A stretch of DNA of 50,010 nt from Patescibacteria group bacterium (lineage in GTDB: Bacteria > Patescibacteriota > Minisyncoccia > Phycocordibacterales > DATDWN01): NCBI GenBank assembly GCA_040389125.1, contig JAZKAN010000006.1, positions 1 to 50,010 of the forward strand, written 5' to 3'. The notes beneath the pieces were generated by a model, which was given only the letters and a program-made list of their open reading frames with translations, did not search any database and was not told where the DNA came from. How positions within the stretch are numbered: position 1 is the stretch's first letter; each line of letters starts with the position of its first letter. The position numbers and the translations under genes are program-made. Below, in pieces: positions 19,681 through 29,535 of this stretch.

Positions 19681-19817
19681 AAATCAAAAAAACTCTTTCT
19701 CGTCATATGTTTTCTGTCGCCGGAATAATTTTCTGCTGAAAATTTTCCTCGCACTCGCGTCTTCACGCGCTCCGTGATGCGCCAGAAAACATATGACTTC
19801 GACGAGTTTTTTGATTT
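19681..19817 (-). repeat. Family-1 element, copy B
   Basis: Same 66-nt core on the minus strand; different 15-bp inner stem GTCATATGTTTTCTG/CAGAAAACATATGAC. Confidence 0.9.
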
Positions 19818-19889
19818 CCACAGATGACGTCGGTTGGGGGATTTGACAAAAAGGGTAAATAGGAGTTCAATTAAATGAGGAGATGACAT

Positions 19890-20078
19890 ATGGCTACGGC
19901 CACAAAAACCGCATTACAAAACGGCAACACCAAGTATTGCACAACTCAGTGCAATACCTTCGTTACCGCCGGCGATCCTGACAAGATCGAGTACAATGGA
20001 TCCCGCTTTCATCGGGGATGCCTTGTCAAGACAAATGAGGGAAAGGAGATACTGGCTCTGGTGTGTAAGCGTAAATAG
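19890..20078 (+). CDS. Small Cys/His-containing hypothetical protein
   Basis: GAGGAG SD; TTGACA-17-TTCAAT promoter 19843-19871; CTTQC...FHRGC; hairpin 20099-20125. Confidence 0.6.
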   Translation: MATATKTALQNGNTKYCTTQCNTFVTAGDPDKIEYNGSRFHRGCLVKTNEGKEILALVCKRK

Positions 20079-20161
20079 GAGCCAATTTTGATTTGAAGAA
20101 GGCGCCCCCGATGTGGTGGCGCCTTTAGTGTTTACAAAATATTTTCAAAACTTTGGAAATA

Positions 20162-21028
20162 TTACTTTAAGTGGATTTCTCCCATGACTTCCTCAATCAG
20201 TCCCTTTATTTCCATGGTGGCGAGTATCGTCTGCGTTACATACACAGGCTTGCCGAGTTCGCGAATTATCGCATCACGGGAAAGGGGTTCTCGGAGAATG
20301 TTGATTACTTCGTGTTCATCAGTCGAGCAGTCACTGTAGTCTCGTGATTCAAACAAATCGTCATGTGGTCGTAGTCCGAGCGCGCTCACGATATCACTTG
20401 ACTGTGTGATCGGTGTTGCACCAAGTCGGAGTAGCATGTGAGGACCTTCGGATGTTTTAGAAAAAATAGAGTGGGGAACAGTGAACACATCGCGATTGTA
20501 TTCAATTGCGTATTTAGAAGTGATGAGTGTGCCAGATTTTAATTCTGCCTCGATCACAAGTGTCGCGTGTGACATGCCCGCAATGATGCGATTGCGTTGT
20601 GGAAAGTTTGAAGGATATGACGGTTCCTTATCAGGAAACTCAGATAGGAGTGTCCCGCCACTTTCCACTATTTCTTCGGCAAGTCCTCTATGTTGTGCGG
20701 GGTAGAGGAATTTAGGATCGAGACCAGATCCAGGAATCGCGACCGTACGTAACCCGGCATTTAGTGCCGCTCGGTGAGCTATGGAGTCGATTCCGAGTGC
20801 CAGTCCCGATACAATCACGATCGGGTATCCACGCAGACCCTCGATCAATTTTTCACATACTGCCTTGCCGTACTCACTGTATTTGCGCGCGCCGACGACA
20901 GCCAGGTATTTTATTTCGTCACTGTCCCGATCTGGCAACTCACCCACAATTCGCATTTCTTTTGGCGGATCATTTATTTCAAGGAGTAGTTTGGGAAAGT
21001 CCTTTTTATGCAGAGTCTCTATCTTCAT
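20162..21028 (-). CDS. dprA: DNA-processing protein DprA/Smf
   Basis: AVVGARK, VSGLALGIDSIAH, FPQRNRIIAG, KSGTLIT; upstream of topA. Confidence 0.95.
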   Translation of the reverse strand: MKIETLHKKDFPKLLLEINDPPKEMRIVGELPDRDSDEIKYLAVVGARKYSEYGKAVCEKLIEGLRGYPIVIVSGLALGIDSIAHRAALNAGLRTVAIPGSGLDPKFLYPAQHRGLAEEIVESGGTLLSEFPDKEPSYPSNFPQRNRIIAGMSHATLVIEAELKSGTLITSKYAIEYNRDVFTVPHSIFSKTSEGPHMLLRLGATPITQSSDIVSALGLRPHDDLFESRDYSDCSTDEHEVINILREPLSRDAIIRELGKPVYVTQTILATMEIKGLIEEVMGEIHLK

Positions 21029-21130
21029 ATATATAGTATAGCAGAGGATTCTGAAACAATTACAATATATTTAGACTAGATAAATCCCGCAGTTTTCATA
21101 TTTCCAACTTTGGTATACTATATACATACT

Positions 21131-22411
21131 ATGTTAGATATTAAATTCATTCGGGAAAACAAAGACTTGGTGGCACTTGGTGCAAAGAAAAAGCACATCG
21201 AGTTTGATGTAGACGCACTCATTACTACCGATGACAAACGTCGCGAGCTTCTTGCAAGTATCGAGAAAAAGCGTGCAGAACAAAATGAGGTTAGTGAGAA
21301 AATTGTACGCACACAGGAGCAATCCGAAAAATCAGATATGATTTCAAAAATGCAGACACTAAAAGTAGAACTGCAAAAAGAAGAGGAAGAACTCAAAACC
21401 GTCATGCACGACTGGCAGATGCGCATGGTAACGGTCCCAAACATTCCCGATATGTCAGTGCCAGAGGGCAAGGATGATAGCGAAAATAAGGAAGTGAAAG
21501 TCTGGGGCGAGATTCCTAAATTTGATTTTACTCCACGGGATCACATTGAACTCATGACAAATCTCGGTATGCTTGATCTCGAACGTGGTACAAAAGTTGC
21601 GGGGTTTCGTGGATATTTTCTAACCGGAGACGGAGCGCGACTTCAGTTTGCCCTGTGGAATTTTGTGCAAGATTTTTTTAATAAAAAAGAAGGATTTAGA
21701 CCGATGATCGTGCCATCTCTCGTACGACGTGAGCCGTTTATGGGCACAGGCTATCTGCCACAGAGCGAGGAGGATTTGTATAAAACGCAGGACGGTGAAT
21801 ATCTCTCGGGTACAGCAGAGGTTGCAACCATGGCTTTCTATATGGACGAGGTTTTAGAGAAAAAAGATTTACCAATAAAAATGCTCGCATTTTCAAATGC
21901 GTTTCGACGCGAGGCGGGTAGTCATGGCAAAGATACAAAAGGAATTTTGCGTGTGCACGAGTTTTATAAATACGAGCAGGTGGTGCTGTGCGAGGCGTCC
22001 CATACGGAGTCTGTAAAATACCACGAGGAAATCCAGATGAATACTGAGGAACTAACACAGGCCCTCGAACTCCCATACCATGTCGTAGTAAACTGTGGCG
22101 GCGATTTGGGTCTCGGTCAAGTTAAAAAATACGACATCGAAGTATGGCTTCCATCCGAAGGTAAATACCGTGAGACAGGCTCTGCGTCATACTTTCATGA
22201 TTTCCAAACACGACGACTCAACATCCGCTATCGCGATGACGATGGTAAAATGAAATTTGTGCACTCGCTCAATAACACCGCACTCTCTGGTAGGCCGCTC
22301 ATTATGATTATCGAAAACTTCCAAAATGCCGACGGCTCGATTCGTATCCCAACCGCCTTGCAACCCTACATGGGAGGGCAAACCATCATCACCAAGCCCC
22401 AGTCAAACTAA
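21131..22411 (+). CDS. serS: Seryl-tRNA synthetase
   Basis: MLDIKFIREN, GTAEV, FRREAGSHG, RVHEFYKYEQ, VHSLNNTA. Confidence 0.97.
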   Translation: MLDIKFIRENKDLVALGAKKKHIEFDVDALITTDDKRRELLASIEKKRAEQNEVSEKIVRTQEQSEKSDMISKMQTLKVELQKEEEELKTVMHDWQMRMVTVPNIPDMSVPEGKDDSENKEVKVWGEIPKFDFTPRDHIELMTNLGMLDLERGTKVAGFRGYFLTGDGARLQFALWNFVQDFFNKKEGFRPMIVPSLVRREPFMGTGYLPQSEEDLYKTQDGEYLSGTAEVATMAFYMDEVLEKKDLPIKMLAFSNAFRREAGSHGKDTKGILRVHEFYKYEQVVLCEASHTESVKYHEEIQMNTEELTQALELPYHVVVNCGGDLGLGQVKKYDIEVWLPSEGKYRETGSASYFHDFQTRRLNIRYRDDDGKMKFVHSLNNTALSGRPLIMIIENFQNADGSIRIPTALQPYMGGQTIITKPQSN

Positions 22412-22412
22412 T

Positions 22413-22543
22413 AATTTTAATCTCGTTGAACAAAAGATTTTCTGGCGCATCACAGAGCGCGTGAAGACGCGAGTGCGAGGAAAATTTCTAGCAAGAAATT
22501 ATTCCGGCGACAGAAAATCTTTTGAGAATAAGAGATTAAAATT
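22413..22543 (+). repeat. Family-1 element, copy C
   Basis: Same core with compensatory AATTTCT-AGCA-AGAAATT hairpin; 14-bp inner and 12-bp outer stems. Confidence 0.9.
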
Positions 22544-22553
22544 TTAACATTCA

Positions 22554-23393
22554 ATGCCCAAATACTCATCACATCGCCAAGAAGAGTATATAAAGAAAAA
22601 ACACAAAAGACGACGAATCAAAGTCATTATTTTCTTCGTATTATTTTTTCTTTCCATTGGTTTTCTCATTTGGATTGCACATCGCCCGTCACTGCGTATT
22701 TCTGAAGTTGAACTCTCGGGTGGAGTACTCGTGACACAACAGGAAGTTTCTACAGAAGTCATACAATTTATTTCTGGTTCCTACATCTGGGTGTTTCCAA
22801 AAAATAACGCACTGCTCTACCCACAGAAAAAACTTGAGAAATATTTGAAGGATCATTTCAAACGTATCGATACAATTCATGTGGATACAAAAAATCTCCA
22901 CACCATGAGCGTGGAAATTTCTGAACGCAAATCTGAGGCACTGTGGTGTGGCGGTGTTCCAGGAGAAACAGAGGGTGAACAGGGACAGTGCTATTTTATG
23001 GATGCAAACAGCACAATTTTTGCAGAAGCACCGCAGTTTTCGGGTGATGCATATTTTAAATACTACGGATTGGTAACGACTGACTCACCCATTGGTTTAG
23101 AGTACATGGCGACGAGTACGGATTTTGCTGAACTTTCAAATTTCGTACAAAACGCTCGGAGATTACAAATAAAACCAGAATATGTTGTTGCAAAAGATAC
23201 AGGAGAATTTACTCTTGTTCTCGCTGGTGGTGGCAAAATTTATTTTGATAATAAAGAACCTCTGACTAAAGTGGCAGACAACCTCGAGGCTCTTCTGCGC
23301 ACCCCCGCACTAGTCCCGTCTACAAACGCTGATTTGCCGATCGATTATATTGATCTCAGATTTGGTAATAAATTGTTTTATAAACTGAAATAA
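22554..23393 (+). CDS. FtsQ/DivIB-like cell division protein
   Basis: Basic N-terminus, single TM helix, POTRA-like segment, VEISERK, C-terminal YIDLRFGNKLFYK. Confidence 0.8.
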   Translation: MPKYSSHRQEEYIKKKHKRRRIKVIIFFVLFFLSIGFLIWIAHRPSLRISEVELSGGVLVTQQEVSTEVIQFISGSYIWVFPKNNALLYPQKKLEKYLKDHFKRIDTIHVDTKNLHTMSVEISERKSEALWCGGVPGETEGEQGQCYFMDANSTIFAEAPQFSGDAYFKYYGLVTTDSPIGLEYMATSTDFAELSNFVQNARRLQIKPEYVVAKDTGEFTLVLAGGGKIYFDNKEPLTKVADNLEALLRTPALVPSTNADLPIDYIDLRFGNKLFYKLK

Positions 23394-23449
23394 AAACGAA
23401 ACGTACCCAGCCAAGTGGCGGGGTACGTAATGAGAGAACTTGCGAGAAA

Positions 23450-23851
23450 TTAGATCAGACCAAGGATGCTCTCAAGTTCTGTCACGTGCAGTTTTCTCTT
23501 TCTTGGTCGCATGTATGTGAGGAAAAAATTAACCACGTTTCCGCACGAAAGGTCACTTACCGACTCGATGAAACCAATAACCTGACCGTCTGTTCTTTCT
23601 ACCAGAACGGAATAGTAGTGGATATTGATTTTCACGGGATGTCCTCCGATGCTACCAATACTCACTACAAGTGGTCTGTTTAGACATCTCACCGACACAT
23701 GCGAGTTTACTTCCAGTCGGTCAATGAAATATCTGTTTGTGACGATATCTCCTTTAAAGAGATAGATGCAGTCTGTGAGAAGTGTTTTTTCACTATCACT
23801 CAGATTTCTAAGAACATGTGCTGCTTCAAAAGCAACGATATCAGCTGGCAT
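23450..23851 (-). CDS. Hypothetical protein (ORFan cassette)
   Basis: GGGGAG SD before MPADI; TTGACA upstream; hairpin 23401-23428; similarity to known families not recognised. Confidence 0.55.
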   Translation of the reverse strand: MPADIVAFEAAHVLRNLSDSEKTLLTDCIYLFKGDIVTNRYFIDRLEVNSHVSVRCLNRPLVVSIGSIGGHPVKINIHYYSVLVERTDGQVIGFIESVSDLSCGNVVNFFLTYMRPRKRKLHVTELESILGLI

Positions 23852-23920
23852 TATCTTTTCTCCCCATTTCAAATTACGCCTTTTTGATGATTTGTCAATG
23901 TGTGGTACAGTACTTTCATT

Positions 23921-24952
23921 ATGAATTTTTGGCAGGAATTAAAAGCACAGAAAAATGGTGAGCCGATACTTGTCCTCGCACCGATGGCTGATGTTACCGA
24001 CCCGGCATTTCGACGTATCATCGCCAAATATGGTAAACCAGATGTCATGTGGACCGAGTTTGTTTCTGCAGATGGACTATTTCTCGGTGGACGAGAGGCA
24101 CTGATCAAGGACCTTGCATACGATGAATCTGAACGACCTATCGTGGCACAGTTTTTTACATCGTCGCCAGAACGCATGATGCAGGCGGGGATGCTCGCGG
24201 TGGAACTTGGGTTCGATGGACTCGACATTAACATGGGTTGTCCAGACAAAAGCATCGAGAAACAAGGAGCAGGTGCGGGACTTATAAAAAATCCAACTCT
24301 TGCCAAGGAACTGATTCGATCGGCAAAAGAAGGAATTCGTGTCGCAAGTTTGAAAAAAAATATTCCAGAGGACAAACATATTCCTGTGTCCGTCAAAACT
24401 CGGATTGGATACAACAAAAATGAACTCGAGACATGGCTACCTGCTCTTTTAGATAGCGAGCCTGCAGTTGTCACTATTCACGCACGTACCCGCAAAGAAA
24501 TGTCACTCGTGCCTGCACGGTGGGAGCATGTGGCACGTGCGGTTGAGATTCGCGATAGCTGGCGGGGTGCAGATGGGCAGAAAAGTCAGACACTTATTTT
24601 CGGAAATGGTGATGTATTAAATATTGCGGACGCAGAAAAGAAAGCCACGGAGACACACTGCGATGGTGTCATGCTCGGTCGTGCGATATTTGGAAACCCA
24701 TGGTGTTTCAGTAGGGAGGTTAGTCGCGACGACATTTCGATTCCTGATCGACTGCGCGTCATGGTAGAACACACCAAACTTTTTGAGGAGCTTTTGCCAC
24801 ACAAAAGTTTCGCAATCATGAAAAAGCACTACAAGGCATATGTGAATGGATGGGATGGTGCCAAGGAACTACGAATGAAATTGATGGAGGCAAAAGACGC
24901 CAGTGAAATAGAACTCATTATTTCTGAGTATTTTAAAAATGGCTCTGTATAG
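23921..24952 (+). CDS. tRNA-dihydrouridine synthase
   Basis: LAPMADVTD, DINMGCP, SVKTRIG, IHARTRKE, GNGDV, DGVMLGRA. Confidence 0.95.
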   Translation: MNFWQELKAQKNGEPILVLAPMADVTDPAFRRIIAKYGKPDVMWTEFVSADGLFLGGREALIKDLAYDESERPIVAQFFTSSPERMMQAGMLAVELGFDGLDINMGCPDKSIEKQGAGAGLIKNPTLAKELIRSAKEGIRVASLKKNIPEDKHIPVSVKTRIGYNKNELETWLPALLDSEPAVVTIHARTRKEMSLVPARWEHVARAVEIRDSWRGADGQKSQTLIFGNGDVLNIADAEKKATETHCDGVMLGRAIFGNPWCFSREVSRDDISIPDRLRVMVEHTKLFEELLPHKSFAIMKKHYKAYVNGWDGAKELRMKLMEAKDASEIELIISEYFKNGSV

Positions 24953-25035
24953 GCACAAAATAAAATAAGTAAAAAGAAAATGAAGAAAATGTGTAAAAGT
25001 AATTGACTTATTTTGTGGTTGTGCTATACTTATAG

Positions 25036-25226
25036 GGAATCAATTTTTGTACTTTCATGCTCAAGAACTCTGAGCCGGGTAGAGTTCACAGTGCAAAGCG
25101 GCCGCGATTCGGCCAAGGAGATAACAACTAGATACCCGCGAACAACCAGCGTGCAATGCACGCCGGCAAGTAACGGGCTGGTGCCCAACACAACAGCAAG
25201 AGCCGCCCTAATATGGCGGCTTCTTT
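25036..25226 (+). ncRNA. Candidate stand-alone structured ncRNA upstream of dnaX
   Basis: TTGACT-16-(TG)TATACT promoter 25003-25030, GC-rich multi-stem body, terminator AGCCGCC/GGCGGCT 25201-25221; family not recognised. Confidence 0.5.
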
Positions 25227-25272
25227 ATTACCCAATTTTTCAAAAATTAAAATCCTCTGCTATACTACAGAC

Positions 25273-26319
25273 ATGTCAGAAGCACTCTATCGAAAATATC
25301 GCCCTCATGTTTTTTCTGATGTCGTGGGTCAGGATCATGTCGTCAAAGTTTTGGAGGCACAGGCAAAATCCGGTGACATTTCGCACGCATACCTTTTTGC
25401 TGGCACACGTGGTACGGGCAAAACATCAGTCGCACGTATTTTTGCAGACGCGATTGGTACATCCAAAAATGATATTTACGAAATTGACGCTGCGTCAAAC
25501 ACATCGGTGGATGACATTCGCGCGCTAAACGAATCCGTGTTCACGCTTCCATTTGAATCCAAATACAAAGTCTACATTTTGGACGAGGTACACATGCTAT
25601 CGAAATCTGCATCAAACGCTCTACTCAAAACTCTCGAGGAACCACCATCGCATGTTGTGTTTATTCTCGCAACGACAGAGACGCACAAAATCCCAGAGAC
25701 TGTTTTGTCGCGATGCGAAGTGTATACATTTAAAAAGCCCAGTCAGGAGGTGCTCAGGAAAACTGTCGTAAGTATTACAAAAAAAGAGGGGTCCATGGTG
25801 GACGATGCATCGGCGGAACTCATCGCGCTTCTCGGAGACGGATCATTTCGCGATACGCAGGGAATACTTCAGAAAGTGCTTTCATATAGCAAAGACAAGA
25901 AAATAAGTGAAGATGAAGTGCGACTAGTGACTGGCGCTCCGGCAACTCACCTCGTGCATGATATTGCGACAAGTATTGCGACTCATGACATTGGACTTGC
26001 ACTCACTACGGTCAAAACTGCGACGGCACAGAATATAGACATGTCTGTGTTTCTGAAACTCATACTTCACACAGCGCGCGCGATTCTCCTCGTGCGGTTT
26101 GGCGCGGGGCAAATAGTAAAGGGTGACTTGTCCGAAAAGGAATTTGCATTTGTCGAAGGTTTGTCCAAACAGGATGGTGCATTTTCATCCGGTACACTCG
26201 TAGAACTCCTGACGGCATACGAACGCACAACGGGGAGCTACATCCCATCACTTCCACTCGAACTCGCCTTAGTCAATATCATAGGCGAGGGAAGTGGCAA
26301 GGAATCCAAAAAAGTGTAA
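25273..26319 (+). CDS. dnaX: DNA polymerase III subunit gamma/tau
   Basis: ALYRKYRP, GTRGTGKTS, EIDAASN, ILDEVHMLS, NALLKTLEEPP, SRC. Confidence 0.96.
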   Translation: MSEALYRKYRPHVFSDVVGQDHVVKVLEAQAKSGDISHAYLFAGTRGTGKTSVARIFADAIGTSKNDIYEIDAASNTSVDDIRALNESVFTLPFESKYKVYILDEVHMLSKSASNALLKTLEEPPSHVVFILATTETHKIPETVLSRCEVYTFKKPSQEVLRKTVVSITKKEGSMVDDASAELIALLGDGSFRDTQGILQKVLSYSKDKKISEDEVRLVTGAPATHLVHDIATSIATHDIGLALTTVKTATAQNIDMSVFLKLILHTARAILLVRFGAGQIVKGDLSEKEFAFVEGLSKQDGAFSSGTLVELLTAYERTTGSYIPSLPLELALVNIIGEGSGKESKKV

Positions 26320-26344
26320 GATGTAAGGTGTTTGATTATTACAT

Positions 26345-26415
26345 TGGGAGATCGTCTAACGGTAGGACAGAGGCCTTTGAAGCCTTTAATTGGGGTTCGA
26401 TTCCCTGTCTCCCAG
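26345..26415 (+). tRNA. tRNA-Gln(TTG)
   Basis: TGGGAGA/TCTCCCA acceptor stem, GAGGC-CTTTGAA-GCCTT anticodon arm, GGTTCGATTCC. Confidence 0.95.
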
Positions 26416-26543
26416 CAATCTCGGTAAATCAACTGCATGTCCAAAGGTGCTGATGATGAAGCTATCTCCTCTGTGCGAAGAGTGTCCTTCTCATTCAATG
26501 GTATTTTATTGATTTAGAAAATAAAAAGATATATACTGTCAAT

Positions 26544-26891
26544 ATGATTATCTTTTTTATTCTTGGTTTGTTGCTTGGAAGTGTTGCAGTTGTGTTCGCT
26601 TTGCAAAATGTTGAAATTGTTACAGTTACTTTTTTTCAGTGGCATGTGACAAGCTCGCTCGCGGTTATATTGATTTCGGCTATTCTGGCCGGAGTGGTGG
26701 TTGCCTCGCTCATTCTCATCCCTGGAAGTATTTCAAAATATTTTAAAAATAGAACTCTGAGGAAAGAGATCGGGAGATTGGAAGAGGAACTGCGAAAACA
26801 GAAAGAGCTGACTGTGTTTGGAAAAAACACTCCGCCCACAGTGGAAACCATATCTCATATAGAGCAGGGCGCGATTGAAGACAAAAAGTAA
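26544..26891 (+). CDS. LapA/DUF1049-family membrane protein
   Basis: FALQN...VTVTFFQW motif, two TM helices, coiled coil. Confidence 0.8.
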   Translation: MIIFFILGLLLGSVAVVFALQNVEIVTVTFFQWHVTSSLAVILISAILAGVVVASLILIPGSISKYFKNRTLRKEIGRLEEELRKQKELTVFGKNTPPTVETISHIEQGAIEDKK

Positions 26892-26970
26892 TTTGATATA
26901 TTGTTGAGTTATAATTATTTACTACTCGTTCGGATACTCTCCCTGATGCCCAGTAACTATTTTCAATCCC

Positions 26971-27336
26971 ATGCTGAAACAGAATCTCTACAAAACAAGT
27001 TTTGCAAAAGTCTATCCATATTATATTGCTAAAGCAGAGAGAAAAGGCCGTACGAAAGCGGAGGTGGATGAGATCATACGCTGGTTCACCGGGTACACAC
27101 AGAAAAGGTTTGAATCTGAGTTAAAAAAGCAGACAGATTTTGAGACTTTTTATACAAAAGCTCCCAAAATGAATCCTTCCAGACATCTCATTACTGGTGT
27201 GATTTGTGGTATACGATTGGAAGAGATCACTGACCCCCTGATGCGAGAAATTCGTTATTTGGATAAATTGATTGATGAGTTGGCAAAAGGAAGGGTGATG
27301 GAAAAAATTTTGCGGAAATCACCACGTATCAATTAA
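26971..27336 (+). CDS. DUF2200-family protein
   Basis: [23 protein letters not shown]...GVICG...[14 protein letters not shown]. Confidence 0.88.
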   Translation: MLKQNLYKTSFAKVYPYYIAKAERKGRTKAEVDEIIRWFTGYTQKRFESELKKQTDFETFYTKAPKMNPSRHLITGVICGIRLEEITDPLMREIRYLDKLIDELAKGRVMEKILRKSPRIN

Positions 27337-27394
27337 TTATGTGATAAGTCCAGTAAATTAGGCAATTATAATTTAAATTTGATATACTTTTTAC

Positions 27395-28294
27395 ATGTCA
27401 ACGGAAGATAAAAAAGATTCTGATTCGTACACGCACTTTTTTATTGGGGCATTACTCTTTTTTGCTTTTTCTTTATATGCATTTTTTGTCACAATGAAAA
27501 TTCATAATACTAATATGATAGTTCAGGCATCAGGACTAGAAGAAGGTATGAGTGATGAAAAAGTTGGGGCTACAACAGATCAGATGAGTGATGTATCGGT
27601 AGGTACCGACCTCCTGGGTAGGGCCGAAATTAGCTATTCAGGAGGTACAGAAGGGAGAAATAAAAATATTGAGTTGGGTGTGGATCGTATGAATGGTGTG
27701 ATAGTACAACCCAACAAAGAATTTTCGTTTACGCAAACGTTGGGTGCGGTTACACAGGAAGACGGGTTTAGTGAAGAAAAAGTTTTCCTGAATGGCGAAG
27801 TAACAAAAGGTATTGGAGGTGGACTGTGTCAGGTATCAACTGCACTGTTCCGAAGTGTGTTAAATGCTGGACTCCCAGTAACCGCGAGAACGAATCACAC
27901 ATATAGTGTGTCGTATTATGATGTCGGACTGGATGCTACATATTCTGATCCGGGACCAGATTTTCGATTTGTAAATGATACATCGTATCCCATTGCTCTC
28001 CATGCAACCACTGAAAACCAGAAAGTAGTATTTGAAATATACGGTACGAGTGACGGAAGAGTAGCGAGTACCACGGATGCCGAGATTTCTCAAATAGTTG
28101 ATTTTCCTCCTACAAAATATATTGAGGTGGCTGCAATCCCAAAAGACCAGACTGAATGTATAAATAAACCACAAATCGGATATACAACAAAAGTGTCATA
28201 CGATGTTCTGTATCCAACGGGAATAGAGAAACAACATATATTTACTTCTACATATAAACCACTCCAGCGTGTTTGTTATGTAATAAAAAGTTAA
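27395..28294 (+). CDS. VanW-family membrane-anchored protein
   Basis: RNKNI...FSF, GIGGGLCQVSTALF, RTNH, GLDAT. Confidence 0.88.
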   Translation: MSTEDKKDSDSYTHFFIGALLFFAFSLYAFFVTMKIHNTNMIVQASGLEEGMSDEKVGATTDQMSDVSVGTDLLGRAEISYSGGTEGRNKNIELGVDRMNGVIVQPNKEFSFTQTLGAVTQEDGFSEEKVFLNGEVTKGIGGGLCQVSTALFRSVLNAGLPVTARTNHTYSVSYYDVGLDATYSDPGPDFRFVNDTSYPIALHATTENQKVVFEIYGTSDGRVASTTDAEISQIVDFPPTKYIEVAAIPKDQTECINKPQIGYTTKVSYDVLYPTGIEKQHIFTSTYKPLQRVCYVIKS

Positions 28295-28333
28295 GAAATG
28301 AAAGTTTGGATTTGATAGTGTATGCTATATAGG

Positions 28334-29461
28334 ATGAAAAAGGGTGATTATAATGAAACAAAAGTTGCAAGTACACTACTCATTACAGGATTAGTTGTGT
28401 TGAGTTTAATTTTTATGTATGAGCAGATACGTTTTCGAATACAAAATAGTTCCAAACAAAAATCTGATGTCATTCAATTTTCACCATGGAGTGATGCGTA
28501 TGATGCTGGTGATGTCTTATACACTGGGCAAATCTACCACATTTTTTTTCATAGTTTGATCATCTATCCAGAGCTTGCAAATCGTGACAGGGCACATAAA
28601 AGTCTTTTTGAGGATTATATGATCACTCGAGATCAGTTCAAAAAGATTTTACCGGAATTGTATAAAAATAATTTTGTATTAATTGATATAGATTCTATAT
28701 ATAGTTCAAACTCTGATGGTACAGTACAGAAAAAACCTATATTTTTACCCAAGGGAAAAAAGCCACTTATCCTTTCCATAGATGATTTGTCCTACTATCG
28801 CTCGCAACAAGGTGATGGATTTGCAAATAAACTTGTCATTGATGAAACGGGAAAAGTAGCAACAGAAGTTATAACTCCCGAGGGCAAAAAAATTGTGACT
28901 CGTGACGGGGATCTTGTGCCGATACTCGATGATTTTGTCAGTAGTCATCCAGAGTTTTCTATACAAGGGGCAAAAGGCGTGATAGCGGTAACGGGTTTTG
29001 ACGGAGTTCTAGGATACAGAACAAATACGATTAGACCTCTACCGTATGTTGATGAAGCAACGTCTGCGAAACGGGTGATTGATGTACTCAAAAACACTGG
29101 TTGGCGGTTTGCAAACCATAGCTATTCTCATGACCCTTCATTTAGAAATGATACGATTGCGTTGGATGTGTTAAAAAAAGATACGGAGCAGTGGGATGCA
29201 CAAGTAAAGCCGCTCGTGGGGGATACACATATTTATATTGGTCCATTTGGACAGGTGTTTGGTCCATATGATTCACGTAGACAGTATTTAGTTTCTCATG
29301 GATATACACTGCTCTGTGGTGTTGGAATGGATCTCTATCTTCAATATTTTGATAAATATATTGTTATGGATCGGGCTGATATTGATGGCTACAGATTAAC
29401 GCATACACCAGAACTTCTGAAACTATATTTCGATCCAGAAGTTATTTTAGACCAAAATTAG
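28334..29461 (+). CDS. Polysaccharide deacetylase-family protein
   Basis: HIFFHSLI, LSIDD, FANHSYSH; N-terminal TM helix. Confidence 0.8.
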   Translation: MKKGDYNETKVASTLLITGLVVLSLIFMYEQIRFRIQNSSKQKSDVIQFSPWSDAYDAGDVLYTGQIYHIFFHSLIIYPELANRDRAHKSLFEDYMITRDQFKKILPELYKNNFVLIDIDSIYSSNSDGTVQKKPIFLPKGKKPLILSIDDLSYYRSQQGDGFANKLVIDETGKVATEVITPEGKKIVTRDGDLVPILDDFVSSHPEFSIQGAKGVIAVTGFDGVLGYRTNTIRPLPYVDEATSAKRVIDVLKNTGWRFANHSYSHDPSFRNDTIALDVLKKDTEQWDAQVKPLVGDTHIYIGPFGQVFGPYDSRRQYLVSHGYTLLCGVGMDLYLQYFDKYIVMDRADIDGYRLTHTPELLKLYFDPEVILDQN

Positions 29462-29535
29462 TAAATGTGAGTACCGCACTAGACAAGAGTAAATACGTTG
29501 CCATTTTTTGGGTAAAATTGTGATATGCTATGGAT

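Noticed and set aside
19647-19889. 81-aa N-terminal extension of TopA in the ORF track (and ORF 22326-22547 with the same WRITERVKTRVRGKF peptide)
   Set aside because: Both are read-throughs of family-1 elements; TopA homology begins at MNKKMKLLIVESP
15037-22543. Family-1 repeats as a CRISPR array, classical REP or hammerhead ribozyme
   Set aside because: Copies are dispersed, not tandem with spacers; GTAG precedes the core in only one copy; no CUGAUGA/GAAA core on either strand
25013-25528. 171-aa ORF overlapping the dnaX start
   Set aside because: Spans a promoter and a terminator, overlaps dnaX out of frame, and has no protein motif
26425-26517. CTGATGA inside a TAAATCAA/TTGATTTA-bounded region after tRNA-Gln (hammerhead or riboswitch?)
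   Set aside because: No correctly placed stem II-GAAA or cleavage triplet; pairing is too weak to call
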